A stretch of DNA of 64,000 bases from Moniliella sp. 'wahieum' (GCA_003971905.1 RSEE01000097.1:62001-126000), one strand, 5' to 3'; numbered from the stretch's first letter, positions 14,016 to 26,945 are shown. The notes: generated from the sequence alone by a model not told the origin. Translations and numbers: made by a program.

Positions 14016-14381
14016 TCACTGGCCATACGCTCTTGACAACCCAGTCCCTTGGCCCGCACCTCGACGAGGCCGGCAGGACCGTTGCTGTTGCATGCTGGCC
14101 GCCCGTTCCTGTGCGGTCAACTGGTCCAGCTGGGCATAGGTCGTACCCAAGACCATGATCTTTTGGCCATCGACCACGCCCAGCGAGGTCAGAGTAGATT
14201 CCGGATCGGCCAGGGGGCTGAGCGCGCCCGCTGTCGTGGTGCCGCGGCCAGGCAAGAGCTTTTGCAGGCTCGGCGGGATACCGGTCGCAGTATGAATGGC
14301 CGCTTTGAGCTGGCCCAAGGTACAGTCGCCCCCCAGTTCAACGGGGTGGGGCCTACCTTGGAACGTGAGGTTGAGCAGCAT
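14016..14381 (-). CDS. Ubiquitin-like (UBL) domain protein; C-terminal part not resolved
   Basis: MLLNLTFQGRPHPVEL..CTLGQLKAAIHTATGIPPSLQKLL...TLTSLGVVDGQKIMVLGT is a typical UBL signature. A possible acceptor TTTTTCTTTTTCTACCAG (minus strand) lies near 13785-13800. Confidence 0.7.
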   Translation of the reverse strand: MLLNLTFQGRPHPVELGGDCTLGQLKAAIHTATGIPPSLQKLLPGRGTTTAGALSPLADPESTLTSLGVVDGQKIMVLGTTYAQLDQLTAQERAASMQQQRSCRPRRGAGQGTGLSRAYGQ

Positions 14382-15048
14382 CGCAGTACTGTGGGCTTAA
14401 TAGTAGGCGAGGCGCTCGGGCAGGCCTGATGCTTGAAGAGTGGCGGTGGTGGTTGGGAGAGAAGAAGAAGTCCAACCTGTGCTCACACGAGCTGCCCAAT
14501 TGAGTCCCTGGCGTGGCGGCTGCGGAGGGCGTGACCAACGGGGGTTACGGGGTACGGGGGATGGATGGGACGGGCAGGTCCTATAGCTGTACTAGTACGG
14601 CCAGGGGGTACTGGGTGGCACTTGGGGCAGCCCGGACGTAAGCGCACAAGCGCCGCCTGCGCCGGGTGTAGCAGATGCAAAACCCTAAGGCCTAACCTCA
14701 GCTCCGCCGCTCCGCCTGCCAGACCGTCCAACAACACACAGTGGCGCTGTGCCCGCAGCTGGGGCGCTCGGCTGAGCCTCAGCGTGCTGAGCTGCTTGCT
14801 GCCTGAGGCGCTGAGATCCTGTCGGGCAGCTTGCTGCTTAATTTTTGGTCTGAGGGTTACTCCATTTTGAAAGTTGATGATTCATCTTCCATCTTCCGAT
14901 CCAACACGCAATACAGCTTGCGGTCAGAGTGGCGTGACGTCATCGCTGCTGCGTGATGCAGATGCCTGCTTTCTTCTGCCCCGGTGTTGGTTCCATTAGC
15001 CTCGGTCCACCGCCTCACTCAGCACCCCCCCTCCCCATTGTCCGCGCC

Positions 15049-16180
15049 ATGGCTGCGACACCCGTCCAGCTTCTCTCCCTCGGCTGTGGATGGACAGGCA
15101 GTTTTCTTCTGCCGCTGCTCGACCGGCAGAAGACCACGTATGCCTTCACCACCACAGCCCCTGCTCCCGCCCCTTCAGCCGTTCCGCCCCCTCCCACCGC
15201 GGCAGACTCGGTTGTTTCGACGCCGCCTCCGTCCTTGGCCGGCCCTCCGCCCAAATTCAATCCCTGGCCCTACTTGCCCCCCTCGGCCCGGTCTCATCAT
15301 TTGACGTTCCGTCTCCCCAGTGATCCGGAGGATGCAGCGTGGGAAGAACTTGTCCGCACCTTGCCCGCCGCCCAGGTCGTGCTCCTCGTCTTCCCCATCA
15401 CTAGTAAAGAAGTGCTTCGCAAGCTCATCCACTTATGAGCAACAACACCCTCATCTGCATTCCTCGTGGATTCAACTGGGCAGCACAGGGCTCTGGAAAG
15501 GTGCGTGGTTGCTCCCGACGCTCTCTAGGCTGGTCGGATCACCGACTCAGACCCAAGTATAGCCAGCTCCAACTGACATGTGTTCCTTTTTTCTTGCCCA
15601 GACGGCTACCACACCCATACTTCTCCCATCGACCCAACCAACGTCCGTGGTCAAGTAGAAGAGGCGTTGCTTGATCTCCACACGGCAGAGCGACCCTGTA
15701 CGGTACTCAACCTGGCGGGGTTGTATGGTCATACCCGTCAGCCACTCAACTTTTTCCGTCGAGCCGTTCGGAGCGCCGAAGCACTCGAGACCAAATCCAG
15801 TCTGCACCTCATCCATGGCCAAGACCTAGCCCGTGCCATCGCCGTCGCCATCACAGCCGTCGCGGGCAGCGTGTCCTCCCCTGGCCTAGGGGGAAAACGG
15901 TGGATCGTGACGGATACCAAGTCGTACGATTGGTGGTACTTGGCCCGCACGTTGCCGCACCAAGCAAGCCGAGAGAACAAAGCGCTATGCAACTTGGTTG
16001 CAGGATGCACTTGATAAGCATGGTGTCACTTCTTCCGCCCGACCCCCTATTGCTCCAGACACCCGCCCTCCGCTAGTGGGGTCCCCAGACCGATTCCACA
16101 TCCTTCTCCGCGTGTTGGATAGCTCAGCGTTTTGGTCCACCTTAGGTATCGAGCCACTGGCTCCCCCTGTGGACGCATAA
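15049..16180 (+). CDS. Uncharacterised NAD(P)-binding Rossmann-fold protein (conserved fungal family); intron ~15501-15601
   Basis: LLSLGCGWTGSFL dinucleotide-binding motif; WIQLGSTGLW, VLNLAGLYG, SLHLIHGQDLARAI, GKRWIVTD..YDWW, RVLDSSAFWSTLGIEP. Intron GTGCGT...ACTGAC...CAG. Confidence 0.8.
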
Positions 16181-19100
16181 GTCCTACCCGCTGCATTTCC
16201 CCTCATTTTCCCACTCCAGTCCCTGTATAACGTTCAAGCGCGCTTCAACGTTCATGTACGTTCATGGTTCAAGCTCCAAGCTCCAAGCTTCCAGCGTACT
16301 TGGCAGGTTTCCAGGGCATATAGTAGGGATAGCTTTTTGGCCCAGCAAGAACCGCTATATACTAGCTATGCGGAAATCACACTCGTCAACAGCTATCATC
16401 AAGTATCATCGAATCATCCACAGACCATCTCATCTCTCTTCCCTTATAATGTGAGTGGGTCCGTTTCTCTCGCGAACGTTATCAATCACCGGCACGATAG
16501 ACCAGCCGTTTCGATCATTAAATTTCCCGGGGTCCTGGTAGTAGGCTTTTCGATGGTGATGAACAAACTTCTGCACGTTGGGCCGCTTGGGACGGGGCGC
16601 CCGAATGGTCGTGTGGTAGTGCATATACATGTACAGTTGTTGCGTACGTTGCGATGATCGAAGAGAGGTGACCTCTTACTGTGGTTACCGGTTACCGGTT
16701 GTGCGTCTTCCTGGGCGTCTTCTCTCAGCTCGTCAAAAATACGAGTCATGTTCAACGTTACCGGCGTTACGCGTTACGAGGCAACCCAGTAATCATGTAT
16801 CAGTGCATCAACAGCATCAACACCACGCATCGCGCATCACGCATCGCCTCAAGCTACTTCGACTTACAGTTGTGGTACGGAAGGGTACAGAAGGTACAGA
16901 TCTCAGAGCGTTCAAACTGAATACTCAAACTGAGTAACTGAGTTCAATACCAACAACACTCAACGTTGAATCGCTGGCAAAATTAAGCCACGTCGGAAAT
17001 TTTGTCCTTCTCGGTCGGACTCGCACAGGTAGTGGGTTGTGTTTGCACGCGCTGATGAGCGTTGTTCGTTAGCGGCCGGGCAGTGGGGGAAGAAAGGTCT
17101 GGAAGAATAGTTTTGGTCGCCACAACACGAATAAGTCAAAGGTGAGGTCACCCGTGAGAGACCGAGGGACGAGAGAGCCAAAAAGAATGCTTCGTGTTGA
17201 CTGTGATCCTCAGGCTCCCAGTCGGTAGACCAGGTTCGCCTCGGTTCCATCGGCTTCCACGCTGACGTCCCTGCGTGTCACTGTCCCTGTGCCCTGCACT
17301 CTCCTGTGTGACTCACTGTCCCTGTGCCTAGTCCGGCCTCCTATATAGATGCCTCTGTACCCAGACCCAACTCTGGCTCCAATCCATCACCTTCTCCTCA
17401 TCCTTCTGCCCGTCCGGCTCCCTAGGCCAACACTTCGTTCGTCTTTGCAAACTATTACTACTGGTAGTAAAATTGCTTGCGTTTTTCTCTTTATAGTTTC
17501 TTAGTTTTGAGATTTGAGATCTGAGATACGCCGCTGCCGTAGTCCTACGTACTCAGGCTGAGTTCAGCGCTTCGACCGACACCTACGTACCTACTCCACA
17601 CCCCTTTCACAGAAGTCCACAACCAAGCTCCGATTGGTCCACGCTGTCCTGGTCCTACGTACACGTGCGCCTCGGTGTCTCAGACAAGCGTATATAGCCC
17701 AACACGCTACACCACGTTATACCACACGCTACACCTGCTACACCCATCCGGCCCCCAACCTCTCTATATATTATACTACCACCATCATCCATCACCATCC
17801 TACTTCGTTTCCCGTCTCTCGGTGGGTGTCAGTGCATGCAGCAAAGTAGGCCGCAACAGGTCACAGCATTGGCGGTAGTGCCTGGTGGTGCACCTATCCG
17901 ATTTCTTGCCTTGTCTTATCGATTATCTCACCCTTATCGATTACCTACCAGAATCCTGCTTTGATCTTCAAGCTTCAACATAGACGACATAACAAGACCG
18001 TATAGTTCTCTCAGGCCTCAGGGCTTCAGCGCGCCTTCAGCCCAGACCTGTGGCATGTGTGACATGAGAGACCTATAAGCGCGGCCGGAGCGCGGCCGGA
18101 GTGCGGCCTGAACATCAGAACGCGGCCTAGGTGTGCTTGAGCGTCTGAACCCGAGGCCCAACAGAGGCCAGCGGCTTTTCATCTTGAAGATCAAAGCTTA
18201 TTGGCATCTGAGAAGTAGAATAGAGATACACCTGTGATGTTGATGAATGATTTTGTGGCGTGCGTGCGTGCGGGATTAACTTATCGATTGAGTATGGATG
18301 GTTCTCGGCCTTCGGGTTTTAACGAGGCCGGCTAGGCGCTAGGGGCTTAGGAAGCTGGGTGGCAGAAGGGGCAGATCTACATAACTCAGTTGCGCATGCG
18401 CCCCGGTCCCGAAGTACGAGTGGGATGCATGCGACAGTGTAACACTGAGTACTGCGTACTGGTACTGTGACTGCACTCAAGACGGGTTTAGGGCTTAGCA
18501 GGGCACTGGGAAGATGGAGTTTCGAGGCTTTCTTCGGCGCCGCCATCCGTTTGCACTCGGGGCCGCACTTGGCCGCACTTGGCCGCACATTGCTCCCTTT
18601 GAAACCGCGCACGCCGGCGATCAATGATCGAATGATCCGTGCTTGTCAAACTGCGTGACGCATGACGCATGATGCACGATGCATGACGAACAACTCAACT
18701 GGGGACCAGTGACCGGTGACCTGTGACCTGTGATTAATGATTGATTAATGATTCACCGATGATTAATGATTAATGATTAATGATTGCAGTTAGACCTACG
18801 TAGCATCCGCTTCAGCCACACACTTGATAGAGTGGGGCCGCGCTGTATATTCGCTTTTACCTGTTTTTATACGTTGCTAGGCACTATAATTACCGGCTAC
18901 TTTTAGGTCCTGGTAGTATAGGCTCAAAACTGGAAGATGTGCCGCTACGTAGGAACTGGACAGAGGCTCGTAGATGGAGCATTCTTGGCATATGGCAGCA
19001 GGTTCCTCTGCTACCGGCTACCGTTGCTCGTCGCGTCGCCGCCATATATGCAACGGTTTGCGCAGTTCCCGCTTTAGATGCTTGGCAGTGTCTCTGAATC

Positions 19101-20934
19101 TGAAGTTGCCACTCGTCACGCGTCACACGTCACGCGTCAGGCCTGAGGCTCAGAACGCGCATTGAACTTCTTGTTGCCATCCTTTTCGACCCGCGCGCGA
19201 ATGTTTGTGCTACGTTTGGTTGCTGCTGTGGACAGCTTAGAAGGGCTGCGCAGAGATAGAGGATCTTTCCATAAAATGCGGGAGGACGTGTGGCGCGTGA
19301 CGTGTGAGATCTGAGATACGACAACATTACGTGCAAGCCTCTCCGATATGGCGCATGATGCAGAATGTCGGGATGGTTTAGAAGGAGTTGGATTAAAGAT
19401 GTTTGCTGATGCACTGATGTGGAGAGGCGCCCAGAGGGGCTGTGTGGTGCCACTCGACACGGCACGGAACGGATGTATTGAGTACTGATATACTGATAGA
19501 AGAGGTGGATTTTGTTGGATTGATTTTGTGCGTGCATAGCGACCGTGTGGACCTCGGAGAGAAGAGGCGGAGACGGTGGGGGAAAGTGTGGAATCCGCAT
19601 GTGTACCCTGTACGCCTCCTCCATATGTCGCATGGCGCAGTGCCTTGAAAGCGTGCGTGAGCATGCAAAAGGACATGTGACAAGTACTATCCCGACGCAT
19701 TGCGTGACACATGACACATTGTGGCACTAATGACATGGACATGTGACATGTGACATGTGACATGATGACACGTGATGGGGAGGCAGTTATCACATGTCAA
19801 TCTTAGGCGGCACCTGTGGGGGCGTGTGGACATGAGGCCGAGGCATGATGCATGAAGGTGAAAAGCAGATGGGGTTAGAGAGGGTCTGGACGATCGATTG
19901 CGGTCGAGAGATAGGCGTTGGTGATAGGAAGCAAGACGAATTAAAGGCTACAGGAGAAGGCTACGTCGGTGGCTTACGCGTGTACGCGCGCAGCAGCAGT
20001 GTTCGGAGCCCGCAGTGCCTCGGGACCACTGACTAGTGAGGCCGGAAGTGCCCCGCGATGGGTGAAGCCAGTCACCAGCATCGTCGCAACAGAACGCGGA
20101 GCACGTACTGTAACAAAACGCGGGCCGGTGGAGCTCTCAGTCTGAGCGCTGAGGCTGAGCAGCGTAAGAGTGACTAGTGACTAGTGACTAGTGAGCCCGT
20201 GGCGTGCATCGGAAGGTCGTCGATGGTTTTGATGATCGGTATCGATGCTGGTGTGGTTAGAATGGCAGGCGATAGGGGGAGGCGAGCGTGTGACATGTGA
20301 TTGAAGAACAGGGTGTTCACTGGTACGTTCAGTACGTTCCGTACGCAGTCTCAGTGACCTGTGACCGGTGACCTGTGACCGGTGACCTGTGACATGCGGC
20401 ATGTGATGGATGATGCATGATGGTTGATGGTTGATGGTCGCAGATATGATGCATGACATGCATGATGCGCCACGAGCGGCAGCACATCCAGTGCGGGGGG
20501 AAGTGCGCGCTGGTGGGCGGGGGCAAGGGGGCGGTGTGCGCGCTGGGTGGCGCCCAAATCGTGATCGGAGGCGCAGGACCCTGGAGGCTTGACACGCGCG
20601 CCGTGCTGGGCCGAGCGGAGGATCGATGATCGATGATCGATGAGGGTGAGCAGGGCGCTGGGTCGCCTGAGGCCTTCGAGGCGGAGCGGCGCAACCGCAT
20701 CAGACCGTATCCGAGACAGACCGGGGGGTTAATGGAGTCTTTTCATGCTCTCCACGCGATGCCATCTGCGCCATGGGCGGCGCCGCTCTTGGGGCGGCCA
20801 GTCCGTCACCATTAATCCACGGCCCACAGCCCGCGCTTCTGCCCTTCTCCCCCTCCTCTTCTTCCCCCGCCACCCCACCACCACTACCACGTCGCCACCC
20901 CCCCCTTCTCCAATAGCTGCTGCTCTCCACGACG

Positions 20935-23900
20935 ATGCGCATGCGTCGCACCTCCAACAAGCCCGCCTCCGTCCCAGCACACAGCGTGTCCAGTCCCGCA
21001 TTCATCCCCACACTGCCGGCGCCCCGCCTCCCCCGTCCCCTGCCCTTGCCGCTCTTGAATCAGCCCGAGCCTATGCTGCAGAAGTGACTCCGTGGGAATT
21101 GGAACAGGGTGGTGCGTACAGTCTTCTCCCTCCCCCCTCCCGGAATGGCCCTAAGCTGACGACATAACCGTTGCTCCCCCAGGCATCTACCATCCATCCT
21201 CTTCGCCCTCTGGTATGCTCTCCTCTAGCACGCCTGCATCTGCACCCGCATCTGTACCCTCATCTGCCCCTGCGCACGCCTCACCCTTGAAACGCCTTGA
21301 CCAGCGCCGCTCTGACCGCCAAGGGTCTGCTCAGCTCTCCCCTGCAGGCTCTGCTCCGCCTGGCAAACGTTCCAGCCGCTTCGCTAGTCTACTCGGGCGG
21401 AGAGAGCGGATCAACTCGGCTACTAGCCTCACTACCCCAACTCCCCTCCAGCAGCCCATCTCCCCTTGCCTTACGCCCTCCCAGCGCCCTCGACGTACCA
21501 ATCGGGAAACTCTAATACCAGCTTCGACCTTGTCCCCAACCTCTCCACAGGCCGCCTAACACTTTCTCACAGTGTGGACAACTCGACGCTTGCGTCCTCC
21601 TCCGAGTGTGCGTCACTTAACAGCCATTCCCGCAGCCAAACCCATCTGGCCACATCTACTTCCGAACGTCAACCCAGCAAGGTACTGAGTGGGGTACCCA
21701 TCCAGTCTGTGCTGGATGTGCATGACGAACCCGAGTGCCCCATTTGTCTCGAGGCTCTGTCGCTTCGGCTCAAGGGAGAGAGGCAACATGTCGTGCCCAA
21801 CTGCGGTCATGCCATGCACCACGACTGTTTTACCGCTGTCTATGGGGATCCCAAAACAGTGCTGGCCGCGCAAGAGCGAAAGAGCGGGTTAGGTGTTGCG
21901 CAAGCAATCCACTGGCCCTATGGCCGGTGACGACGAACTGCTGTGCCACGTGTGTCGCAAACAAATTGTCCTCGGTGGAGAACGAACAACGATCTCCAAA
22001 TCGGCTGCGCTAATGGGGTCGGTTCTTCCTTCCTCCCGCACATCTCTCTCCTCTGAGGCATCCTCCAGTCGCGCCCCCACATCCAACCTCACTGGAGACG
22101 ACAAGGTCGAGCCGGTGCGGATGGGGAAAACCATTATTCAGCCTGAGCTGAGCGTGACAAGTGATTTTGCACCCATCTGTCGACGTGAACCTGGCCCGGA
22201 TGGACTGCAACGATTCAACCTCCTCTTGACTGTATCTGTACCGGGAAGGAGTCTGCGCACGAGTATGGCCCGGGACCTGGCCGCACCCCCAACGTCACGG
22301 GAGCAGTGGACTCTCCAGCCGCCCGCTTAGCATTGCCTCCACCACCACCATTGCCGCATTGACCCACCGTGCCCCCCGTACCCCTCCACTACCAGCTGCG
22401 TCTCCCCTGACTCCAAGTCCAGAATGGACGAGTGTGTCGGAAGAGCACACCAAAAAGCTTTACGCGCTCCTTGAAGAAGGCAGTGATTCTCCATTGCCGA
22501 GCCCTGCTGGACCGTCGCTAACGGGTGAAGCATTGCGCGACCAAGTCAAACTGGACATTAACGAGCGTATCGTTGATTGGAAAGGTCACCATCTCGAGCA
22601 CTTTGGCGAACTGCACTACTTTGACACGCTGGACGTGTTCCAAGATACAACCGTGCGACAATTTGGGGTCTACTTGTTTGAAGAAGCACTTTTGTGTACG
22701 CTCGAGGACAGGAGGAAGCGAGTGAGCCGATACTTGAGCGTTCCCCACTCGCTCATGGACGATGCACTGCCTACTACCCCACCTTCGGTCCGCGCTCCCT
22801 CTGTACTTAAGCTCAAGGGACGGATTTACCTCCGCCACATCCGCTCCGTCGTCAATACTTCTTCCCCTACTCAGCCCGCTCTGAGCATCAAAATGATTGA
22901 CGATACTCTGTCTGACTTTGTGATGGTTTTCCATTCGAACCAGCAAGCTCACCTGTGGAAAAACGATTGGAGGCGTTGATTTATCACCTGCAAAACCCTG
23001 GTGAAAAAGTACCCCTTCCCCGTGGACACGACCTCACGGGGCGCACAGAGGAGATGATCTCTACACCCGGGTCATCATCCCCTTGCTTCACCCCACGGAA
23101 TCGAGGACGATATCATGTCTCCTTCCCCTGACTCGCCAGGCAAGAAACAGTATCGCTTATCTCGTGCCTCGTCAGGGGGGAAATCGGCAACACTTTCCAC
23201 CTCACGATCCTTGCCGCCTCCATCGCCTCAAACTGCTCTGCCACCCATCCCGCGCCCGACGGATCCCATGGACCGTTACGCCTTTGCTCCTGAAGTCCCA
23301 CACGAGGCACCGATCTCTACCCCCACGCACCCATTGACTTGGTCTTTGTAGTGGCCATCCCCTCTGCACAAGGAGGGCTGAATCCCCAAGACGCACTCCA
23401 GCTCGGCATGCTCCGGTCTACGTTGCTCTTCCTTTTGGATACAGTAGGAGATAAGAGCAGGGTGAGCCTGGTTGTCTACCATCCCGCACTCTGCTCCGAG
23501 GGTGGATTCATCGCCATCGCCAACGCTCTGCTGCGCCCTGGCTTGCCCTCCAGTCGCGAGACGCTGATGGCCTTTTTGGATTTGCTGACCACAGCTACGC
23601 TGACACGATGGGTGCGTATGCAGAGGACCTGACCCAGCTGGGGGGAACCTGCGATCGGATCGATACAGCTGCGGCGCTGAATGTGGGTCTGGACGTGATG
23701 CTACAGCGGACGAGCCGGAACCCCGTGTCGGCAATTTTGATGGTGGACGATTGCCCTACGGGACCGCGCCGTACGGCCATGGACCTCGTCTTGTCCCGTG
23801 CCGAGATAGCCAGTTGTCCTGTCCACTGTTTCGGCCTGGGGCCGCGCACGATCCTAGCTCCCTCTGGCTGATTGCGTCCCACACCAAGGGCTCGTACACA

Positions 23901-24951
23901 TTTCTTCGACAGAGCTCGGAACTACGTGTCTGCCTCGCGGGTGTGTTGGCTCGCTCCTCTCGACTGCCATGACAGATGTGGTGCTGCGAATCCAATTGGC
24001 CTCCACGCCTATTTTTGCGCGCAAACCCAAGCACAGTTCTTCCCACCTCGTCGACGAAGCAGGCAAGGTGATCGAGGTACCGCTCGGGTTGATTGCCTAT
24101 GGCCAAAAACGAGATGTCCTACTAGAACTCGTGTTTGACTTTGATGAGGTGTACCAAAGTGTCCATACCAATTTGCCCTTGCACTTGCCCGACGTGGAGC
24201 TAACGCGGCCGACGACTACCTCACCCAATTTGGCTTTGACCCAGCGTTGCTCACCACGCCACAAGGCGGTGTGGACGTGGTGGAAGAAGTGGCAATCTTG
24301 ACAGCCGATGTGGCCTACCGAGATCCGCAAACCCACCTCTCCGTCCCACATAGTCCCCCCGTACACTTCCACACTGAAATGGACGCTGCGCGGCGCGATC
24401 CCACCTGGGCTTGTCAGCCGCTCAAACTGCTGCGCTCGCCCATCCTGCCACGCGACGAACGATGGAAACGCTCACTTCGAGCTTAGTTACCAACTGCCTC
24501 CTGGTCGCCCAGCGCGATTTAAACCAAGCGTTTACTTGTTGCAGAGCAACCGGCGTATGCTCGAGTCGGTCCTACATGCTCTCCCTGGCCATCGTACCTC
24601 TCCTTCACTTTGCACTGCGTCTCTGCGTTCTCCGCGGCTGAGTCCGACGGTTGCGCCTCCCCTCCCTCCTACGAGGACGATGGCGAGGACGACCTCCTTG
24701 GCCCCACAAACGAGGTGGCAGACGCTTTGGTAGCCATGTTGGAAACGTTGGACACGCTCTTGGCTGTTCTCGGGGCCGAAACTAAACGCCCCACAGGACG
24801 GTTCGAACGCGAAGGCCGTAAGTTGGCCGCTCAACAGGCAATGGTCTTGCGTTCACAACGCGCTTGGTCCAGTCGCTCCAATCTCGAACATCTCTTGTTT
24901 GGCAACGACAATGGACCCGCCTTGGCGGCGCTGGCGTTGCTCCAACGCTAA
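20935..24951 (+). CDS. FAR1: Far1/Ste5-like scaffold, RING-H2 + PH + vWA, copy A; intron ~21112-21182; frameshifted
   Basis: RING ECPICLEALS..PNCGHAMHHDCF...CHVCR. PH HFGELHYFDTLDVFQD..VYLFEEALLC..LKLKGRIYLRHI. vWA DLVFVVAIP..LLDTVGDKSRVSLVVY..ALNVGLDV..ILMVDD..VHCFGLG. C-terminus AAQQAMVLRSQRAW..NDNGPALAAL. Start approximate. Confidence 0.8.
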
Positions 24952-25793
24952 GGCATATTGTCATCCGTCAATATCCAATGCGCTCCATCACCCTCTCTTC
25001 ATCGTCTTCGCACTGCATGAAGCTTGGAGATTGAAGCTTGAAACACTTGAACAAGCTGGAACCCATACCTTAGATCGAACATACCGAATACCACTGACTT
25101 GGAAGACTCCTGTTATCGATGCCCTAACATCCCTTAGGCCTTCCCCGGTAGCAGAGTACCACCCGGCCCCTAGATATACCTAGATGAGACCGAAGGTAAT
25201 GATAGTACCACCCTATTACTTGGACCAGCGAGGGCCGCACACTTGCTTCTTCTTCTCTATTGTGATGGAATACGGTTTGCGAGCCGAAGATGCTAATGGC
25301 TGATGGTCTGCAATGAAGCTTGAAGGCCCCAGCGCTCCTACTAAGATATCCAGTGGCTTAGTTGTTTTGCACGGCGGACTCAGGCCGAGAGTTCTCAGAA
25401 CTGGAGGTGGCGACCTGCGTGGCCTCCTTTTCTCCGGTAGCAAGGAGGGCAGCTTGAAGTGGCCGGGCAAGCCCATGCCTTTCAGGACGCAGTGTTCAGC
25501 CGCCGACATCGCCTGTGTCGACGATAAATTGGATGTAAGTCGGTGGTAAGATGACTGGACTCAGCCCTTTTTGTCCCGCCAACAGCGCTGGAGGTTTGCC
25601 ACAATCTTTAATCCACGCCAACCACTACAAATCACCTATCACCCATCACCCATCCTTCAGGCCGCCATCAATTGCACCAATATTCCACTCAGTACTCAAC
25701 CCTGGCAAGACCGCCGCTGTCAGTCAGGCAGAGGGGGGACCATGCATCGATTTGATCACCCGCTGCCACCACCTATTTGGGCATAACTTTGCC

Positions 25794-26171
25794 ATGCGTC
25801 CCACGCCCGCCGTCGCCGTTATGCGCGACCTGCAGCCCATCAAGAAACTCGGCACCGCCGCTGGCTCTTGCGGGGTACAGGTACGTCCCCTACATCTTCT
25901 TCTTCCTTTTCTCTGTCCCATGTCCCATGTCACCCCCCCTCCCCAGCTACCAGTTGGGGGCGCCGAAGGCCCATCTGACCGTATGGCAATGGCGTGTGCG
26001 TGCCTGTGCATGTGCATGTGCATGTATCTGGTCCTTGCTTCTCTCCTCTCAGGCCCAAGCGTATGGCAATTGCATTCTGCGCTCGTACCAAAATGTCGAG
26101 CAGGGCATGTGCGCGCGCGAGTTTGCTGCGTTCAACAATGTGTTCAGCAGGCCATGGGACGCGCGTGGTAG
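25794..26171 (+). CDS. NDUFAF8: Twin-Cx9C complex I assembly factor, NDUFAF8-like; intron 25881-26052
   Basis: Spliced and stitched: MRPTPAVAVMRDLQPIKKLGTAAGSCGVQ|AQAYGNCILRSYQNVEQGMCAREFAAF(K)QCVQQAMGRAW*, with Cx9C...Cx9C spacing. Intron GTACGT...CTCAG. Confidence 0.75.
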   Translation: MRPTPAVAVMRDLQPIKKLGTAAGSCGVQVRPLHLLLPFLCPMSHVTPPPQLPVGGAEGPSDRMAMACACLCMCMCMYLVLASLLSGPSVWQLHSALVPKCRAGHVRARVCCVQQCVQQAMGRAW

Positions 26172-26709
26172 AGAACCAAGATTGGTCCTTTCTAACCAGA
26201 AGAACGTACCTCTTGGTACCTGTTGCCATGTGGCTTCCCACCCAACCTACCCAACCTACCCAATCTACCCACCCCACGCAGGCCACGCAGCTCAACCTCA
26301 CCCGACTGAGTCCACTTGGTTCGCTTTCGTTTGCCCTAGCTCGGTGCGCAGAGCACGTCCAACGCGGTGGGACCGCCAATGCGGCCTGTGGGCAGATGTG
26401 GGATCTCTCCGGGACCTTAGCATCATTGTACGGGTTAGTCCAGTTGCGTTTGCGTCCTGCCCCCTTGCCTACTCTACTCCAAGCTCCCAGGATTGTACTT
26501 TGTATGGCCGCTTCGTATGTATGGCTTGCACCTCCATCGTTCGCTGGCCTGCTGGGACGTGCAGTCTCACCCCCCACCCCTTAGCACCTGCGGCCACGAG
26601 GAGCTCAGTCAGCTACGAGGACGAAAAGGAGGAGAGGACGAGGCGTTTGTTCGGCTCGCAAGTAGACTACATTTGAGGCAGTGCACATTCCCTTGTCGAT
26701 CGTGGCTGG

Positions 26710-26833
26710 GGGCTAGTGGCGAGTGGCTAGTGGCTAGTGGCGAGTGGCGAGTGGCTAGTGGCTAGTGGCGAGTGGCTAGTGGCTAGTGGCGAGTGGCTAG
26801 TGGCTAGTGGCGAGTGGCTAGTGGCTAGTGGCT
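26710..26833. repeat. 7-bp tandem array (TGGCTAG/TGGCGAG)n, about 17 units
   Basis: Read directly: ggctagtggcgagtggctagtggctagtggcgagtggcgagtggctagtg... Confidence 0.95.
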
Positions 26834-26945
26834 GGAACTGGTGCTAAGTTGCGGGTGGCAAGGGCAACAACTGGGGATGGGCGAGCGGAAGGCGTGCAGA
26901 GAAAGTGCCCGTTTCAATTTCCATCTTTCGCTTCAAGCTTCAGGC

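Noticed and set aside
16430..17250. Short minus-strand ORFs (66-96 aa)
   Set aside because: No homology recognised, and they are interleaved with palindromic-heptamer arrays typical of non-coding DNA here.
26710..26833. Possible CRISPR-like or telomeric array
   Set aside because: No unique spacers, a 7-bp unit, eukaryotic context, and no TTAGGG-type tract.
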